NCBI GenBank assembly: GCA_050273025.1 | Contig: CP158635.1 | Span: 28,830,001 to 28,894,000, forward strand | From: Cenococcum geophilum | Taxonomy: Eukaryota | Direction of reading: 5' to 3' | Length of the DNA: 64,000 bases | In this document: in pieces, positions 61,001 through 64,000 of the stretch | Numbering within the stretch: the stretch's first letter is position 1 | How the letters are laid out: the number at the start of each line of letters is the position of its first letter | Notes under the pieces: generated by a model | What the model was told of the DNA's origin: nothing | The model's database searches: none | The model's input: the letters and a program-made list of their open reading frames with translations, nothing else | Position numbers and translations under genes: made by a program

Positions 61001-64000
61001 TAGGAGATAAAAGGGCTAAATACTTAATTAACTCTAGAGCTAAGCTTAACCTTATTAAGGAAAGCGTAGCCCTATAACACGGCCTACTAATATTAAGTCT
61101 GCCTTTATAGTTATAAGGCGCGCGTCTAACGTCTATAAATGGAACTTAGTTTAAGTTCATTGGGCTAGTATATACGATTCCTATAGTAATAGGTAACGTC
61201 TTAATATTTATAATGTTTATTACTATAGGGGAAATGTCACATAAGGTAATACTTAGTAAGCTATAGTTAGTAAGGGCTAGACTAGTAACAAAACGAACCG
61301 TAATAGGTTAGGTATCTTATATTATTTAATTAGAAGATAGCAGAGTTAAAATAAGGTTCTTAACATCCTATAAGAATGCGATATTCTTTAAAACAGATAA
61401 AGGTATTAATATAAAAAACAGTTTAGGAAACATATAGCCAGTATAACCGCTAGAATTATATCTAAGGTTACTTATAACCTAGCGCATTAGGATAAGAAGG
61501 ATATTAAGAATAAAAAAAAGGGAAATAAGGTGCGGCTCTAGTACGGACATATACTGTTTTAGATATCCACTAAATAGAACTATTAGTAGGGAAAGGAGTA
61601 TAATATTAAATGGAGAGAGCTCAACAATAAAACATTAAAGGAAGTCCTAAAGAAACGCTTAAGGAAGAATTAGAAGCTAGTATTTAAAGCAAAGGCTAAG
61701 TCCCTTATATATTGAATGTTAAAGACAACGGATCTATTTATAATATAAATAGAAAGCTACTAGAGTAAGGCCTAACTAAACGCTATAAACGTAGCAACTG
61801 TATATAAATAGAAGGCAGACAAAGTCTACCTAGTTAATTTATCGGCACTAAATAGAACAGTTATAAAAGGCATAATAAAATAGCGAGAGGTGGCCTTATA
61901 TTAATAGAAGGCGTCCATCTAAGGATTGCCTTTTAGACTATATAATTATTTTCTTAAGCCGTAATATATTAAGCTAGCCCGCGGTGCATAACTAAAGCTA
62001 AAACAATTAGAGCGTATAATTATAGGAGATATTTAGCCAAAAGAACGAGAGATCTTTAAGGCCATATTATTTAACTAAGAAGAGGCTCTAGCATAGGAGT
62101 TCTCTAAAATAGGTCGCGTTAATAAAGACGTAACTTTACTACTAAAGATTAAAACCGTGCCGTATAAGGTATAGTAAGTACCAAACTTTTTAGTACCTAG
62201 GGCCCTATAAGAAGAAGTAATAAATATATTATAAGAACGACTAGCTTAAGGGACTCTAAAATATTATAAAAGCCTATATAGGAATCTATAGTTTTTTATA
62301 AATAAGAAGGAACGCAATAAGTATTAACTAATTAACGCGGCGATAAATATTAACTAAGTAACTATTAGGGATGTAAATCTGCCGCTATATGCTAATGAAT
62401 TTTCTAAGGAGTTTGCGGGGTATAAGGTTATATCTCTAGTAGACTTCTTCTCTAGTTATAACTAATTAGAGCTAAATATAGAAAGCCAAAACCTAATAGC
62501 TTTTATAATACCTCTAGGACTTCTATAATAAATAATGGTACCTATAGGAGGTATAAATTCTGTAGCCTAGTTCGTGCGGATAATTACTAAGATCTTAGAA
62601 TAACACATCCTATACTACACCCTGCTATTTCTAGATAATATTATAGTAAAAGGCCTATAGACAGTATATAATAGGGAGGAGAGCCTTCTAGGTGTGTGTA
62701 GATATATTCTAGAATATATTATATAGCTAAACGGAGTACTTGCAGATTTAGAACGAGCTAGGTATACAATTTTAGGCGTAAAGTCTTATTTCTATAAAGA
62801 TAAGATTATAGTGGTTAGCTACCGCTGTAATGGAAAAGGATAATATCTAGAAGAGTTAAAGGTCGTAAAGATTATTTACTAAAAAGACTGTAAAGACGTT
62901 ACATTAGCCTAAGCGTTCTTAGGAGTTATTATATATTATTGAATATAGGTAAAAGACTTTACAATTAAGGTAGAGCTAATCTTCCGACTGCTATAAGTAA
63001 ACGTTCTATTTATATAGGGTATAGAGCAGATAGCTGCTATAAAGACTCTAAAGCATACAGTTACTACTATACCCGTATTAGTTTAGCTAGATTATAGTAA
63101 AGGGGCTAGGCTAATTATTTTCGCCGTTAACAGATGCAAGAATAGATGGGGGTGCGGCCTTATACAACTAAATATACAAGGTCGTCGTCACCTATGTTAA
63201 TATAAAAGCGGTATCTAATCTTAGGCGGAGCAGAAATATAACTTAGAAAAGCTTAAATATCAGGTATTATTATATGCGTTAAAGAAGTATCACGTATACC
63301 TATATGGCGTTCGCTTTATAGTAGAGACGGACGCGAACACCCTAGTTATATAACTAAATTATACCGCTACTAATTTACCTAAAGCCTTAATAACAAGATG
63401 GCTAGCATAGATCTAGCTATAGGACTTTAATATTAGGTATATACCGGGGAAGAAGAATAGCCTAGCTAATAGACTTTTGTAATAACTACCTAATAGTAAA
63501 CAACCTAATGAGCCGACTAAGGATATTAAAGAGTTTATTAACTATGAACTAAGTGCCTTAGAATATACAGCTGCCCTTCTTAAAATAAAAGCGGGTCTGC
63601 TATTAGAAGACTTATATTTAGAGGAATCTTAAAAAATTATAAAGTAGCTAGTAACCTTATAACGTCCGGAAGAGATAAATACTAAGGAGTTTAAAAAGTT
63701 TAAATAATATACACTAAAGTTCCTAGTGCGTAATTAATAGCTCTTCCGCTAATAGTTAAAAAATATACTAATGTAAAGGGTAGTTAATAATAAAGACGCT
63801 TAGCGGGAGATTATTAAAAGCCTTTATAATTAAAGCAGACATTATAAATAAGAGGGAATATATTAGAGGGTCTTAAATTAATATTAGTAGCCAAGGCTAT
63901 AGGATCAGATATTATAGCATATTAAGTCGTGTCTATAATACTAGGAGCGATAGCTAGGATAGGAAGAAGAAGCGATATACCCTATATAGGAGTCCACCTT
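58068..64000 (+). mobile_element. Ty3/Gypsy G6 (putative 5' LTR 58068-58314, gag, PR, RT, RH, start of IN); runs off the window end
   Basis: Gag PAPGTPGTPYF; PR LIDSGAELNLI ~61024; RT YRLINAA, LVDFFSGYDQ, FLDD ~62628; RH AVDG, FIVETDANTL; IN zinc-finger start ~63810. Confidence 0.9.

Overview
Fungal (Pezizomycotina-type) genomic DNA. Nearly the whole window is a nest of transposable elements degraded by RIP-like C>T/G>A mutation, with Gln/Trp/Arg codons turned into TAA/TAG. From termini, TSDs and protein motifs read by eye I resolve: seven Ty3/Gypsy pieces (two complete), two Ty1/Copia elements, five Tad1-like LINE copies plus a 67-bp LINE stub, a Tc1/mariner, a hAT with a second TIR element inside it, a piggyBac fragment, several solo LTRs, a dispersed 12-bp minisatellite, and a Mutator-like element (33045-52423) inflated to 19.4 kb by two nested Gypsy elements. 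The only intact gene is a 5-exon MFS transporter (minus strand, 52731-54587, 516 aa) in a 3.2-kb unmutated island. The most interesting signal: the MULE and the Gypsy inserted in it each carry an intron-containing accessory ORF that, after reversing RIP changes, has Zn(II)2Cys6-like cysteine spacing, and the MULE also has repeated candidate binding motifs. TE protein sequences quoted are manual de-RIP reconstructions; no database search was run.
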